Of a DNA stretch of 64,000 nt, positions 10,001 to 20,275 are shown piece after piece. Each line of letters starts with the position of its first letter. Positions within the stretch are counted from its first letter, which is position 1. The notes under the pieces were generated by a model, which worked only from the letters and a program-made list of their open reading frames with translations, searched no databases and was not told the origin of the DNA. Origin of the DNA: Dehalococcoidia bacterium (GTDB lineage: Bacteria > Chloroflexota > Dehalococcoidia > Plut-88900). The position numbers were made by a program, and so were the translations under genes. The DNA lies in the NCBI GenBank assembly GCA_965249275.1, contig CBDFLQ010000005.1:512001-576000 (forward strand), written 5' to 3'.

Positions 10001-10728
10001 GCGAGAGCATTTACAAGCTGGAAGGGCTGGTGAAGCGGTATGGGGAACGGGAAGCGTGCAATATAGATCACCTGGAGATAGAACGGGGTGAGGTGCTGGG
10101 GCTCATCGGGCCGAGCGGGTCTGGGAAGAGCACGCTTCTGAGGATGCTGAACTTTCTGGAGCCGCAGAGCTCGGGGGTGATACGGTTCTCGGGAGAAGCG
10201 TACGACGGGAAGACGCAAGTATCGCTCTCGGTGCGGAGACGGATGACGCTGGTGTTTCAGAGCCCCCTGCTGTTCAACACGTCGGTACTGGGGAACGTGG
10301 CTTATGGGCTGAAGCTGCGGGGGGTACGGGATGCCAAGGCTCGGGCGGCGGAATTCCTCGACCGGCTAGGCATGGGATCGTTGGCGAAGGAGCACCCGTC
10401 GACAATCTCGTTTGGGGAGACGCAGAGGGTGGCGCTGGCGCGGGCGCTGATAATCGAGCCGGATGTACTGCTGCTGGATGAACCTACGGCGAACCTGGAC
10501 CCATATAACGTGGCACTTGTAGAGGACTTGATGATGAAGGCTCGTAGAGAGATGGGTACGACGATAGTGTTGGTAACGCACAATGTGTTTCAGGCGCGTC
10601 GGCTGGCGGACAGGACAGCACTGCTGCTGGACGGGAAGGTGGTGGAGGTGGGGCCCACGGAGTCGCTGTTTTCCGAGGCGCGGGACCCGAGGACTAGGGC
10701 GTTTCTCGGGGGGGAGATGGTGTATTAG
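9997..10728 (+). CDS. tupC: Tungstate ABC transporter ATP-binding protein
   Basis: Walker A GPSGSGKS, LLLDEPTANLD, VTHN; follows tupB. Confidence 0.88.
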   Translation: MSESIYKLEGLVKRYGEREACNIDHLEIERGEVLGLIGPSGSGKSTLLRMLNFLEPQSSGVIRFSGEAYDGKTQVSLSVRRRMTLVFQSPLLFNTSVLGNVAYGLKLRGVRDAKARAAEFLDRLGMGSLAKEHPSTISFGETQRVALARALIIEPDVLLLDEPTANLDPYNVALVEDLMMKARREMGTTIVLVTHNVFQARRLADRTALLLDGKVVEVGPTESLFSEARDPRTRAFLGGEMVY

Positions 10729-10753
10729 GGGGGTGGGTGGGGGGATGAGGCGG

Positions 10754-12148
10754 TTATTTGGGGGACCAGAAGGCGAGGTGGCCGGGGGCGATTACCCTGG
10801 GGGGAGAGGCGCCGTCTATCGAGACGACCTGGATGGTGCTGCCGCCGGTGCCGTTTGCATCCGGGTCTCGGGCGGAGTAGACGAGGGACCGGCCGTCGGG
10901 GGACCAGAGGTTGTTGGAGTAGGCATACTGGTCGAAGAAGGCAAACATTACGAAAAGCTGCTCGGAGGAGGGGACGAAGTCGGTGAGCTTCTTTTCGGCC
11001 TTGCCAGACCTATCGTTGACGTACCAAGAAATGGTAGCAGCGGGGCGGTCGATGCCCACGTAGGCGACCATCGAGCCGTCTGGGGACCAGAAGAAGGCAG
11101 CGATCTCGCGGTTGGTGATCTGACGGGTCTCGCCGGAGTCAACGTCGAAGACGGCAAGCCCACCGTAGGTGGGGATGCCCAGGCTACGCGCCGGGGTCAA
11201 CTCTGTGTATGCGATCTCGTTTAACGATGGGGACCACAGGAAGACCGTGAGGATGCTAACGCGGTCGACTTCGATTTTGGAGTTGCCCTGGACATCGGTA
11301 ATGACGAGAGTATCAGCGCCAATGGAGCCGTCCACGAAAGCCATTTGCCGGCTGTCCGGGCTCCAGGCGGGGGTCCTGAAAGAGACGGATTGGGCATCGA
11401 GGGAGGCCCTTTCCAAGTCATTGCGGGTATCGATGAGGTCGACGGCGTCGACCAAGTGGTGGAGGAGGTACTGCCCGTCAGGGGACCATGCCATGTAAGA
11501 AGGAGCGCCGAAGGAGAGGACCTCGGGGTGGTGGGGGTCATGGGTCTCGATCATGTAGAGGACGAGGGAGGTGGGTGTGGGGGCGAGGAAGGCGACCCTG
11601 TCGCTGCCGGGGGCCCAGTAGATGTAGTGGGGACTGCGCTGGGCTACGAACCTGCCTATGGTGTCGTCGGGGTCCTGGAAGACTTTGTCGGGGAGCCCGC
11701 CGGGGATATCGACGAGCCAGAGTGCGCCCCCGAAGTCGCCGTTGTCGGAGAATGAGGTGAAGGCGAGCTTGGAAGCGTCGGGAGACCAGGTGGGCCAGTT
11801 GTAGACGGTGTGGCTGGCAAAGGATGCGCTACCGGCAAGGGAGGCGGTCTCCCCGGACATAGGGATTGAGACCAGCTGCTGGTCTGTGCCATCAGGGCGG
11901 ATGGTGTAGATGCTGTCGTCCAGGCCGACGAAGGCGATGAGGTTCACGTCGGGTTCCGGCGCGGGGGTAGGAGTGGGTGCGGGAGTGGGTTCAGGAGTGG
12001 CGGTAGGAGGCGCGGATGTGGGTGAGGGGGGAGGGATTGTGGGTGTGTCATCCGGGGGCTCCTCATTGCTACCGCAGGCCGTGAGGACGAGCGCAAGTAA
12101 GAGAATAAGGGGAAGGATACCCGCACTTATGCGGGAGCATCTGATCAC
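10754..12148 (-). CDS. Lipoprotein with PT-rich linker and TolB-like (PD40) beta-propeller
   Basis: LTAC lipobox, PTATPEPTPAPTPTP linker, repeated WSPD motifs. The GTG start overlaps the pyrK stop. Confidence 0.8.
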   Translation of the reverse strand: MIRCSRISAGILPLILLLALVLTACGSNEEPPDDTPTIPPPSPTSAPPTATPEPTPAPTPTPAPEPDVNLIAFVGLDDSIYTIRPDGTDQQLVSIPMSGETASLAGSASFASHTVYNWPTWSPDASKLAFTSFSDNGDFGGALWLVDIPGGLPDKVFQDPDDTIGRFVAQRSPHYIYWAPGSDRVAFLAPTPTSLVLYMIETHDPHHPEVLSFGAPSYMAWSPDGQYLLHHLVDAVDLIDTRNDLERASLDAQSVSFRTPAWSPDSRQMAFVDGSIGADTLVITDVQGNSKIEVDRVSILTVFLWSPSLNEIAYTELTPARSLGIPTYGGLAVFDVDSGETRQITNREIAAFFWSPDGSMVAYVGIDRPAATISWYVNDRSGKAEKKLTDFVPSSEQLFVMFAFFDQYAYSNNLWSPDGRSLVYSARDPDANGTGGSTIQVVSIDGASPPRVIAPGHLAFWSPK

Positions 12149-12966
12149 AACCCCGTCCAGTTGACCTCTGCGAGGTCGAACATCGGGCCCTGGGTGCAGA
12201 CCATCTTGCGGCCCGAGTGGGTGGCCACGGCGCAACCGTAGCAGATGCCGAAGCCGCAGGCCATGCGCACCTCGAGAAGGACCTGGGTTGGGGTGGAGAT
12301 GTTGTAGTTGCGCCAAGTCTCCCAAATGGCCCGGTACATGGGCACGGGGCCGCAGAAGAAGGCCTGGTCTGCGTTCTGCATGATTTTTGGCAGGGCTTCA
12401 GTGATAAGACCCTTTTCCCCGGTTGAGCCGTCCTCTGTAACCTCAACGACGGTAACGCCGTCGGGGACCCAGTCCCGGGGATAGAGGAGGGAGGCTTTAC
12501 GAGCGGCGGAAACGATGGTCACGTCCTTTCCCGACGCGACGGCCTGGTCGGCCAAGGCGATCAGGGGAGCGAGGCCAGTGCCACCACCGCCCATGACTAG
12601 GTTCTGGGCAGAGGGATCGATGCTGTAGCCTCGGCCCAGGGGCCCGAGCACTCTTATCTCATCACCTGCTACCCGGTTGGCGAGCCAAGTCCGGGCGGCG
12701 CTCCCCGTATTGAAGAGAAGCGCTGTAGAGTCAGGGGTTATCCAATCTGAGGCGAGGGCAGGATCAGCTGCGAGAAGGTCGGGTCCGTAGCGGTGAATGC
12801 TGATGGCTCTTCTGAGAAGAGGGTCCGAAGTGTCGCCGCATTCGGCCATGACGAACTCACCGGGGGTCCGGCTTTCGGCGACTGAAGGAGAGTCGACCCA
12901 CAGGCAGTGGACGCCGGGGGCGATGGTGTGGTTTGCGAGGACCTTGGCTAGGTGGTCTTCCATCAT
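12145..12966 (-). CDS. pyrK: Dihydroorotate dehydrogenase electron-transfer subunit
   Basis: [33 protein letters not shown] and [11 protein letters not shown]...VCTQGP (2Fe-2S). The ATG overlaps the carB stop. Confidence 0.9.
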   Translation of the reverse strand: MMEDHLAKVLANHTIAPGVHCLWVDSPSVAESRTPGEFVMAECGDTSDPLLRRAISIHRYGPDLLAADPALASDWITPDSTALLFNTGSAARTWLANRVAGDEIRVLGPLGRGYSIDPSAQNLVMGGGGTGLAPLIALADQAVASGKDVTIVSAARKASLLYPRDWVPDGVTVVEVTEDGSTGEKGLITEALPKIMQNADQAFFCGPVPMYRAIWETWRNYNISTPTQVLLEVRMACGFGICYGCAVATHSGRKMVCTQGPMFDLAEVNWTGL

Positions 12967-15900
12967 TTGGGGCTCGATTCCAGATAGGCGCGCAGTGGTT
13001 TTACGGAAAAGCTGAGGGGCCCGTTTACGAGGGCGTCGACGGTGGCTCGGGCGGTGTCCAGGGAGGTGAAGCATGGAATACGTCTCTCGGCGGCGGCGCG
13101 TCGTATCTGGAAGCCGTCCCTGAGAGGGGTGCGGTGACCGGTCAAGGTGTTGACTACGACGTCGACGGTGCCGTCCTGGATGATGTCAACGATGTCGGGG
13201 GTGCCCTGTCCGGCCTTGACCACGGCGGTAACGGGAAGGCCGATGGCCTGGATCATCTCGGCGGTGCCCTGGGTGGCATAAAGTTTGTAAGAGAGGGAGG
13301 CGAACATCCTGACGATGTCCAGGGCTTCGGCCTTGTCCCGGTCGGCAATGCTGAGGAGGACTGCACCCTTGGGTGGGAGCATCATGTCGCTGGCCAGGAG
13401 AGCCTTGGCGAGGGCGGGGCCGAGGGAGTGGTCGATGCCCATGACCTCGCCGGTGGACTTCATCTCGGGGCCGAGGAAGGTGTCGACGCCAATTAGCTTG
13501 GACATGGAGAAGACGGGGGCCTTGATAGCGACGATGTCTTTCGCGGGCCAGAGGCCGCCACTGTAACCCTGCTGCTCCAGGGACTTGCCCATCATAATTC
13601 GGGTAGCGACCTGTACGATGGGTACGCCGGTGATCTTGGAGAGGAAGGGGACGGTGCGGCTGGCACGGGGGTTTACTTCGAGGACGTAGACGAGGGTGTC
13701 TCCCCGGTCACGTTCATCTGTGTCGGAGGGTTTCATTACTACATACTGGATGTTCATAAGACCTTTGACCTGAAGGCCGAGGCCAATGCTGATAGTGTAG
13801 TCGATGATAGCGTCTTTCTGGGCGGGGGTGAGGCTGGGGGCGGGGTAGACGGCCATGGAGTCGCCGCTGTGGACTCCGGCCCGCTCAATGTGCTCCATGA
13901 TGCCGGGGATGAGGACCTGCTCCCCATCGCAGATGGCGTCGACCTCGACCTCCATGCCCTCGAGGTACTTGTCGATGAGGATGGGGCGGCCCGGGGCGAC
14001 GTCTACGGCGGCGGCAACGTAACGGATTAGCTCGGTGGCGTTGTGGACTATCTCCATGGCCCGGCCGCCTAGTACGTAGCTGGGGCGCACGAGAACGGGA
14101 TAGCCGATGCTCTGAGCGACGTTAAGTCCGGCCTCCACGGAGGATATGCCGGCGCCGGGGGGCTGAGGGATGCCGAGACGGTTGAGGAAGTCCTCGAAGC
14201 GGTGGCGATCCTCGGCCATATCTATGGTATCGGAGGAGGAGCCTAGAATGGGCGTTCCCGTTCGATGGAGAGGCTCGGCGAGGTTGATGGCGGTCTGGCC
14301 ACCGAACTGGACTACGATCTCGGCGGAGTTGCCGTTGCCGCCTGCCACGCCAGCATTTTCGTTCTCGAGGATGTCTCTGAGGCTTTCCTCGTCGAGGGGC
14401 TCGAAATAGAGTCTGTCGCTGGTGTCAAAGTCGGTGGAAACGGTCTCGGGGTTGGAGTTGACCATGATAGACCCGGCGCCCTCCTTCTTGAGGGCCCAGG
14501 AAGCGTGGACGCTGCAGTAGTCGAACTCTATGCCCTGGCCGATGCGGATGGGGCCGGAGCCGATGACGACAGCCCTGCGGCCAGGTATTGCCTCGGCCTC
14601 GTTCTCCTGCTCGTAGGAGCTGTAGAAATAGGGGGTCTCGGCAGCGAATTCGGCGGCGCAGGTGTCGACCATCTTGTAGACGGGACGGAGGCCCCAGAAT
14701 TGGCGGAGGTCGCGTACCTGCTCGGGGAGGCGGTCGGCGAGGGTGCCGATGTAATCGTCGGCAAAGCCGAGGCGCTTGGCAGAACGCATTAGAGACGGGG
14801 TGAGGGGTTCCTTCAGGAGGCGTCGCTCCATGTGGACTATGTTGTACAGCTTGTTTGTGAACCAGGGGTCGATGCCGGTGCGGCGGGATAGGTCGTCGGG
14901 GCTGAGGCCTCGGCGGAGGGAAGCCATGAGGGCCCAGATCCGATCGTCGCTGGGGTCCGTGGGGACAGTGCCATTGGCGCCATTTTCGTCCTGGGCCCAG
15001 GCTCGGTCTTCCCAGAGGAGGCGACGTTGGCCGGTTTCAAGGGAGCGGACGGCCTTCTGCAGTGCGGCCTCAAAGGAGCGGTCAACGGCCATGACCTCGC
15101 CTGTGGCCTTCATCTGGGTTCCGAGTCGGCGGTCTCCGGAGGCGAACTTGTCGAAGGGCCAGCGGGGTATCTTGACGACGCAGTAGTCGAGGGAGGGCTC
15201 GAAGGCGGCTCGGGTCTTGCCGGTGACGGCGTTGGGGATTTCGTCCAATGTCTTGCCGACGGCGATCTTGGCGGCGACTCGTGCAATGGGATAGCCGGTG
15301 GCCTTGCTGGCGAGGGCGGAGCTGCGGCTGACGCGTGGATTGACCTCGATGACGTAGTAGGCGCGGCCATCTACGGAGCTCTGGCCGAAGGCCTCAGCGA
15401 CGAGGGGGCCGGGGGCAAGGGCGAACTGGACGTTACAACCGCCCTCGATGCCGAGGGCTCGGATGATGTTGAGGCTGGAAGAGCGAAGCATCTGATAGTC
15501 GCGGTCGGAGAGGGTCTGGCTCGGGGCAACGACGATGCTGTCGCCGGTGTGGACGCCCATGGGATCGATATTCTCCATGTTGCAGATGGTTATGCAGTTG
15601 TCCGCAGAATCGCGCATTACCTCGTACTCAAGCTCTTTCCAGCCTTCCAAATATCGCTCAATGAGGACCTGGTTGATGGGGCTGGCTGCGATACCGCCAG
15701 CGGCGATGGTTGCGAGCTCGTCTCGGGTGTGGGCAATGCCGCCACCAGTGCCGCCAAGGGTGTAGGCGGGGCGTATTACGAGGGGAAGTCCGAGCTTGTC
15801 TTCTACAGCCAAGGCACCATCTACGGTCTCGACGGTGGCACTGGGAGGGGAGGGCTCGCCGATATCGTGGAGGAGCTGCTTGAATAGCTCACGGTCCTCG

Positions 15901-16271
15901 GCCTGGCGGATGGTGCCTAGGGGTGTGCCTAGCATGCGGACGCCGTACTTTTCGAGGACACCGGCGTCGGCGAGCTCGACGGCGAGGTTCAGGCCGGTCT
16001 GACCGCCGAGGGTCGGGAGCACGCCGTCGGGGCGCTCCTGCTCGATGATACGGGATAAGACGTCGACGGTGAGGGGTTCGATATAGACGATGTCGGCGAT
16101 GTCCTCGTCGGTCATGATGGTAGCGGGGTTGGAGTTGACGAGGACGGAAATGACGCCTTCTTCGCGTAGGGCCTTACAAGCCTGGGTACCGGCGTAGTCG
16201 AACTCGGCGGCTTGACCGATGACAATAGGGCCTGAGCCTATGACGAGGACTTTTGAGGGTTTGGGGGGCAT
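12963..16271 (-). CDS. carB: Carbamoyl-phosphate synthase large subunit
   Basis: [39 protein letters not shown], a second ATP-grasp half and an MGS domain. Start reassigned to ATG 16271. Confidence 0.97.
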   Translation of the reverse strand: MPPKPSKVLVIGSGPIVIGQAAEFDYAGTQACKALREEGVISVLVNSNPATIMTDEDIADIVYIEPLTVDVLSRIIEQERPDGVLPTLGGQTGLNLAVELADAGVLEKYGVRMLGTPLGTIRQAEDRELFKQLLHDIGEPSPPSATVETVDGALAVEDKLGLPLVIRPAYTLGGTGGGIAHTRDELATIAAGGIAASPINQVLIERYLEGWKELEYEVMRDSADNCITICNMENIDPMGVHTGDSIVVAPSQTLSDRDYQMLRSSSLNIIRALGIEGGCNVQFALAPGPLVAEAFGQSSVDGRAYYVIEVNPRVSRSSALASKATGYPIARVAAKIAVGKTLDEIPNAVTGKTRAAFEPSLDYCVVKIPRWPFDKFASGDRRLGTQMKATGEVMAVDRSFEAALQKAVRSLETGQRRLLWEDRAWAQDENGANGTVPTDPSDDRIWALMASLRRGLSPDDLSRRTGIDPWFTNKLYNIVHMERRLLKEPLTPSLMRSAKRLGFADDYIGTLADRLPEQVRDLRQFWGLRPVYKMVDTCAAEFAAETPYFYSSYEQENEAEAIPGRRAVVIGSGPIRIGQGIEFDYCSVHASWALKKEGAGSIMVNSNPETVSTDFDTSDRLYFEPLDEESLRDILENENAGVAGGNGNSAEIVVQFGGQTAINLAEPLHRTGTPILGSSSDTIDMAEDRHRFEDFLNRLGIPQPPGAGISSVEAGLNVAQSIGYPVLVRPSYVLGGRAMEIVHNATELIRYVAAAVDVAPGRPILIDKYLEGMEVEVDAICDGEQVLIPGIMEHIERAGVHSGDSMAVYPAPSLTPAQKDAIIDYTISIGLGLQVKGLMNIQYVVMKPSDTDERDRGDTLVYVLEVNPRASRTVPFLSKITGVPIVQVATRIMMGKSLEQQGYSGGLWPAKDIVAIKAPVFSMSKLIGVDTFLGPEMKSTGEVMGIDHSLGPALAKALLASDMMLPPKGAVLLSIADRDKAEALDIVRMFASLSYKLYATQGTAEMIQAIGLPVTAVVKAGQGTPDIVDIIQDGTVDVVVNTLTGHRTPLRDGFQIRRAAAERRIPCFTSLDTARATVDALVNGPLSFSVKPLRAYLESSPK

Positions 16272-16272
16272 G

Positions 16273-16989
16273 TTAACGGGACTCCATTGCAGGTTGGGCC
16301 AAGAGCAGGGAGGAGAGTTCGGCCAGGGAACTAATCTCAATAACGGATTGAGGTTCCTGCCCAGTGGCGTTGCGGTTGAAAAAGACGGGCGTGGCTCCCG
16401 CATTCAAGGTGCCCAGAACGTCGTTTTCCCATGAATCGCCGACGTGAAGAAGCTCATGGGGCTGGCATCGAGCTTCGTGCATTGCTATTTCGAAGATGCG
16501 GGGGTCGGGCTTATCAACGGCGCCGTGGTCTTGCGAAAAGACCTCGAAAGAGACTAAGTCTTCGATGCCGAGGACGTTGGCGCGGCTGTTGCCGTTGGAC
16601 AGGAGGCCGAGCTTGAAATGTCGGGCCAGGAGCTCCAGCGCGGGTCGGGCGTCGGGGAATATGGTCCGCGCCTCCTCTCGACGCTGGAAGTAGATCTTAG
16701 TCAGGTAGGAGCCAAGGGAGTCGTTGGGACGGCCTGCCTCTCGGAGGGCCTGCTGCATCGACTTCTCTCGGATTGTGTCGAGGTCTGTGTCATTGCCCCA
16801 CATCTGCTGGTGGACCTGGTCTCTGATGGTCACTATTTGATCAACGGTGAGGTTTTGTGCGGCCTCTGGGTCGATGCGCGCGAGCTCGTTCAGGACTTCC
16901 TGAAGGGCCTGGCGCGTGAATCGCTCGAAATCCCAGAGGGTGCCGTCGACGTCGAAGGATATGGTTGTGATTTGGGAGAGGGAGGTCAC
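16273..16989 (-). CDS. HAD-superfamily hydrolase
   Basis: FDVDGTL, LLSNG, KPDPRIF and [10 protein letters not shown]. Confidence 0.9.
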   Translation of the reverse strand: MTSLSQITTISFDVDGTLWDFERFTRQALQEVLNELARIDPEAAQNLTVDQIVTIRDQVHQQMWGNDTDLDTIREKSMQQALREAGRPNDSLGSYLTKIYFQRREEARTIFPDARPALELLARHFKLGLLSNGNSRANVLGIEDLVSFEVFSQDHGAVDKPDPRIFEIAMHEARCQPHELLHVGDSWENDVLGTLNAGATPVFFNRNATGQEPQSVIEISSLAELSSLLLAQPAMESR

Positions 16990-17029
16990 TAGTCGGGTAA
17001 TTCCTCGATTTTCATAAGTTGAAAAGTGC

Positions 17030-17428
17030 TCAGTTTAAGGCTGAAGAGGGCTGGTAGAGCCGGAGGTCGGGGATTCGGTTGAAGCCCTTGTCAAATGTGT
17101 ATAGCGGTACGTTGTGTCGGATTGCGGTGGCGGCGATGATAATGTCGGCATCGGGGAGAGAAAGGCCCGCGCGCAAAAGTCGATTGCTAAGTTGGCCCGC
17201 TGTCACCCAAACCATCTGGTCAGTCTCCAAGAAATCAAGGGAAACGATCCGTTCGGTGAGGGCGCCCAATTCTTCCAAGCCTAGGGCTCCCTGGATGTAT
17301 TCCATAATTACCGGGCCAGTCACCACTGCTTCTCCAGAAGCGAGAAGGTTGGTCAGATGGAGGGTTGTTTCGGCGTCGGGTATCCTCTGAGCTTGGATTA
17401 AGACGGAGGTGTCGAGCAAGATCGTCAA
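17030..17428 (-). CDS. vapC: VapC-family PIN-domain toxin
   Basis: ILLDTSVLI, DIIIAATA and LYTFDKGF; overlaps the antitoxin stop. Confidence 0.88.
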   Translation of the reverse strand: MTILLDTSVLIQAQRIPDAETTLHLTNLLASGEAVVTGPVIMEYIQGALGLEELGALTERIVSLDFLETDQMVWVTAGQLSNRLLRAGLSLPDADIIIAATAIRHNVPLYTFDKGFNRIPDLRLYQPSSALN

Positions 17429-17688
17429 GATGTGCCATCCCTTAACGAATCGAGAAACGCTCGGCGGCTCTCGTCGGCGGCCAACTGCTCTTTTTTACGC
17501 TTCTTGTATCGCTCGTAGTCCCGGTCGCTCATTGGGTTATTGCGCCAGTATTCGAGCAATTCCTGGACATGCTTGCGGCGGATGTACTCCTTGAGAGCGG
17601 TATTCACGGCCTTGCTCTTAGTCTTCTCACCTGTGGCATCGACCACGGTCTCAAGAAGCTTGCTGTCGATGTTAAGAGTTGTTCTCAT
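17425..17688 (-). CDS. vapB: VapB-family RHH antitoxin
   Basis: MRTTLNID..LL.......G.KTKSKAVNTALKEYIRR, upstream of a PIN toxin. Confidence 0.85.
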   Translation of the reverse strand: MRTTLNIDSKLLETVVDATGEKTKSKAVNTALKEYIRRKHVQELLEYWRNNPMSDRDYERYKKRKKEQLAADESRRAFLDSLRDGTS

Positions 17689-17710
17689 ACGCTATACGCA
17701 CCTTTCGAAA

Positions 17711-17770
17711 GCATCATAATAACGCGTCATTCTCAGCATCATTATAGCGCATCATATTCAGGTGCATCAT
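17711..17770 (-). promoter_or_regulatory. vapBC promoter with five direct heptamer repeats
   Basis: GCATCAT/GCGTCAT (+ strand) at 17711, 17724, 17736, 17749 and 17764, around a - strand TATAAT (17746-41). Confidence 0.6.
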
Positions 17771-18894
17771 TTCTTCTGGTCCTTGACCATGTCCAGGAAG
17801 CGTTGGAAGAGGTAGACGTTGTCGAGGGGGCCGGGTGAGGCCTCGGAGTGGTACTGGATGGAGACGATGGGATAGTCCCGGTGGGTGAGGCCCTCGACGG
17901 TTTCGTCGTTGAGGTTGAGGTGGCTGACCTCCAGGGAAGGGGGCAGGCTGTCGGCGTCCAGGGCATAACCGTGGTTCTGGGCGGTGATGTGGACGCGTCC
18001 AGTGACTAGGTCTTTGACGGGGTGGTTCGCGCCTCGATGGCCGAACTTGAGCTTGAAGGTCTTGCCCCCGAAGGCTTTGCCGAGCATCTGATTACCCAGG
18101 CAGATCCCCATTATCGGCTTGACGCCGACCAGGGCGCGCACAGTCTCCGAGATTTGGCCGAGGAGGGCGGGGTCGCCGGGGCCGGGGGAGAGTAGAAGGC
18201 CGTCGGGGTCGATCTGGAGGATGTCCTCCGCGCTGGTGGCGGCGGGTATCACGGTGACCCGGCATTCGAGCTTGTTGAGGATGCGCAGGATGTTGTATTT
18301 CAGGCCATAGTCCAGGGCGACGATATTGTAGGAGGTGGGGGTCTCGGTGGGGTCCCAGGTGTAGGGGGCAGGTGTGGAGACCTCGGAGACGTAGTTGACG
18401 GAGCCGTAACTGGGAAGTGATGCGAGCCTTTTGAGGGCGGACTGGGGGTCGTCCCTGGTGATAATGCCCATCATCACGCCGCTTGAACGTAGACGCCGGG
18501 TGACTGCCCGGGTATCGACGCCCGAGATTCCGGAGACACCCTGGGAGGCGAGGAACTGGGCCACTGTGGACTCGCTGTTCCAGTGGCTAGGGAGATCACA
18601 GTCCTCGCGGACTATGAGGCCGCGCACCTGGATTTTTTTGGATTCGACGGTCTCGGGGTTTATGCCGTAGTTGCCGATAAGTGGGTAGGTGAGCATGACT
18701 ATCTGGCCGGCGTAGGAGGGGTCAGTGAGGATCTCCTGGTAGCCGGTCATGCTGGTGTTGAAGACGACCTCGCCGTGGCCTTCGCCGTTTGCGCCGAAGG
18801 ACGTGCCCTGGAAGGAGCTGCCGTCCTCCAGCACGAGCCAGGCGGGGTGGTTTGAGTTGTTGGTCGGGTTGGTTGAGGTCACGCTAATCTTCAT
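17767..18894 (-). CDS. carA: Carbamoyl-phosphate synthase small subunit
   Basis: LVLEDG, GEVVFNTSMTGYQEILTDPSY, GICLG, KFGHRGANHPV and QYHSEASPGP. Start is ATG 18894 or GTG 18882. Confidence 0.95.
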   Translation of the reverse strand: MKISVTSTNPTNNSNHPAWLVLEDGSSFQGTSFGANGEGHGEVVFNTSMTGYQEILTDPSYAGQIVMLTYPLIGNYGINPETVESKKIQVRGLIVREDCDLPSHWNSESTVAQFLASQGVSGISGVDTRAVTRRLRSSGVMMGIITRDDPQSALKRLASLPSYGSVNYVSEVSTPAPYTWDPTETPTSYNIVALDYGLKYNILRILNKLECRVTVIPAATSAEDILQIDPDGLLLSPGPGDPALLGQISETVRALVGVKPIMGICLGNQMLGKAFGGKTFKLKFGHRGANHPVKDLVTGRVHITAQNHGYALDADSLPPSLEVSHLNLNDETVEGLTHRDYPIVSIQYHSEASPGPLDNVYLFQRFLDMVKDQKK

Positions 18895-20275
18895 TCTCCA
18901 TTTGGCGGTCGGGGACACGGTATCCGGGCCGGTAACCGAGGCTGGAAGCCTGCTCAAAAGATTCGAAGTAGACGAGGTTGCCGCCGCGGAGGCGTCGGGA
19001 GGGGTGACGGCCGGCTTTGTGGTATACCTTGGTCCTGACGCTGCCGGCGGCTTCGGCCCTTGCGTCCCGGCGGCAGTAGCGGCAGCGGAGAACGGTGGGG
19101 TTTTCGTCGACACGGAAGAACTCGGGGACGATGTAGGCGCTCTCATTGTTGGAGACGCAGGTCGGGTTGGGGCACCTTATGCCGGCGTCTGACTTGTAGG
19201 GAGGATAGGTCACGGGATAGGCGAAGCTGCCGTAGTGGGCCTGCGCCTGGGGCTGGGATACGCCAAGGAGGCAAGCCAGAAGGGACATGCGGACTGGGAC
19301 GCCATAGGCAGCTTGCTTGAAATATATGCTCCTGGGGTTTTCGTCGAGGGCATAATCGATCTCGTCGACGCGGGGGAGGGGGTGCATTATCAGGGCGTTT
19401 CTGAACTGGGGGCGCTGCATGAATCGCTTGTCGAGGCGGAGGCCGCCGCCGGTGGCATCAGCTGTGGCCTCGGGGTGGCGTTCCTTTTGCATACGGCTGG
19501 CGTAGACCACGTCCAGGCTGGTCTTAGCTCTTCCCGTATCGGCAGCCTTGCCTCCCTTGGGGTGGGGTGGAAGGAGGTGGGGCCGAGTGGGCGTCTGGTA
19601 TATGGCGTCCATTTCCTTGAAGGAGCCGGACGCGTTGCCCTTACCTTCCGATACCGTACCCATGTACTCCCGGTTCAGCCTGTCTTTGACGTAGTCGGGA
19701 AGCTCATAGCCCTTGCTGGGCATGAACATGATGTTGGCGCCGAACCGGGCGAGGGCGTAGGTCAGGGAGTGGACAGTCCTGGCGCCTTTCAGATCGCCGC
19801 AGAGGGCTACGGTGATGCCGCGGATATCGCCTTTCTCACGCTTGAGGGTGTAAAGATCGCAGAGGGACTGGGTGGGGTGCTCGTGGCTGCCGTCTCCGGC
19901 GTTGATAACGGGTACGGAGGCGTAGTCGGCGAGGGCCTGCGCGGCGCCCTCCCAAGGGTGTCGGATGACTATGACATCGACGTAGCTGCTGACGACGCGG
20001 GCGGTGTCGGCGAGAGTCTCGCCCTTGGCTATGGAGGTGGTGTTTATGTCGGCGGCGGTGACGACATTGCCGCCGAGCCGGTGCATGGCTGTTTCGAAGG
20101 AGAGCCGGGTGCGGGTACTGGGTTCGTAGAATAGGCTGGCCATGACCATGCCTTTGCAGAGGTTGGACTGGCCGCGGATGTCGGCGTGCATCAGGTCGGC
20201 GAGGGAGAAGACGGACTCGACCTCGTCGTTGGAGATGTCGTCGACGGTGATAAGGTTGCGCCCCTGGAGGTTCAT
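18884..20275 (-). CDS. pyrB: Aspartate carbamoyltransferase catalytic chain with C-terminal PyrI-like Zn domain and Ada-like tail
   Basis: FYEPSTRTRLSF, KGETLADT, HPTQ, RMQKER and MHPLPR, then CPNPTC...CRYC. Confidence 0.93.
   Translation of the reverse strand: MNLQGRNLITVDDISNDEVESVFSLADLMHADIRGQSNLCKGMVMASLFYEPSTRTRLSFETAMHRLGGNVVTAADINTTSIAKGETLADTARVVSSYVDVIVIRHPWEGAAQALADYASVPVINAGDGSHEHPTQSLCDLYTLKREKGDIRGITVALCGDLKGARTVHSLTYALARFGANIMFMPSKGYELPDYVKDRLNREYMGTVSEGKGNASGSFKEMDAIYQTPTRPHLLPPHPKGGKAADTGRAKTSLDVVYASRMQKERHPEATADATGGGLRLDKRFMQRPQFRNALIMHPLPRVDEIDYALDENPRSIYFKQAAYGVPVRMSLLACLLGVSQPQAQAHYGSFAYPVTYPPYKSDAGIRCPNPTCVSNNESAYIVPEFFRVDENPTVLRCRYCRRDARAEAAGSVRTKVYHKAGRHPSRRLRGGNLVYFESFEQASSLGYRPGYRVPDRQMENED

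Noticed and set aside
11950-12060. Low-complexity repeat in the TolB-like gene
   Set aside because: It encodes an ordinary Pro/Thr-rich lipoprotein linker.
16272-16403. N-terminal extensions in the ORF track (carB here; also carA, pyrK, the HTH regulator, the aminotransferase, the SDR and dehydratase A)
   Set aside because: They overlap neighbouring genes or repeats and lack family similarity; downstream starts with an RBS or stop-start overlap fit better.
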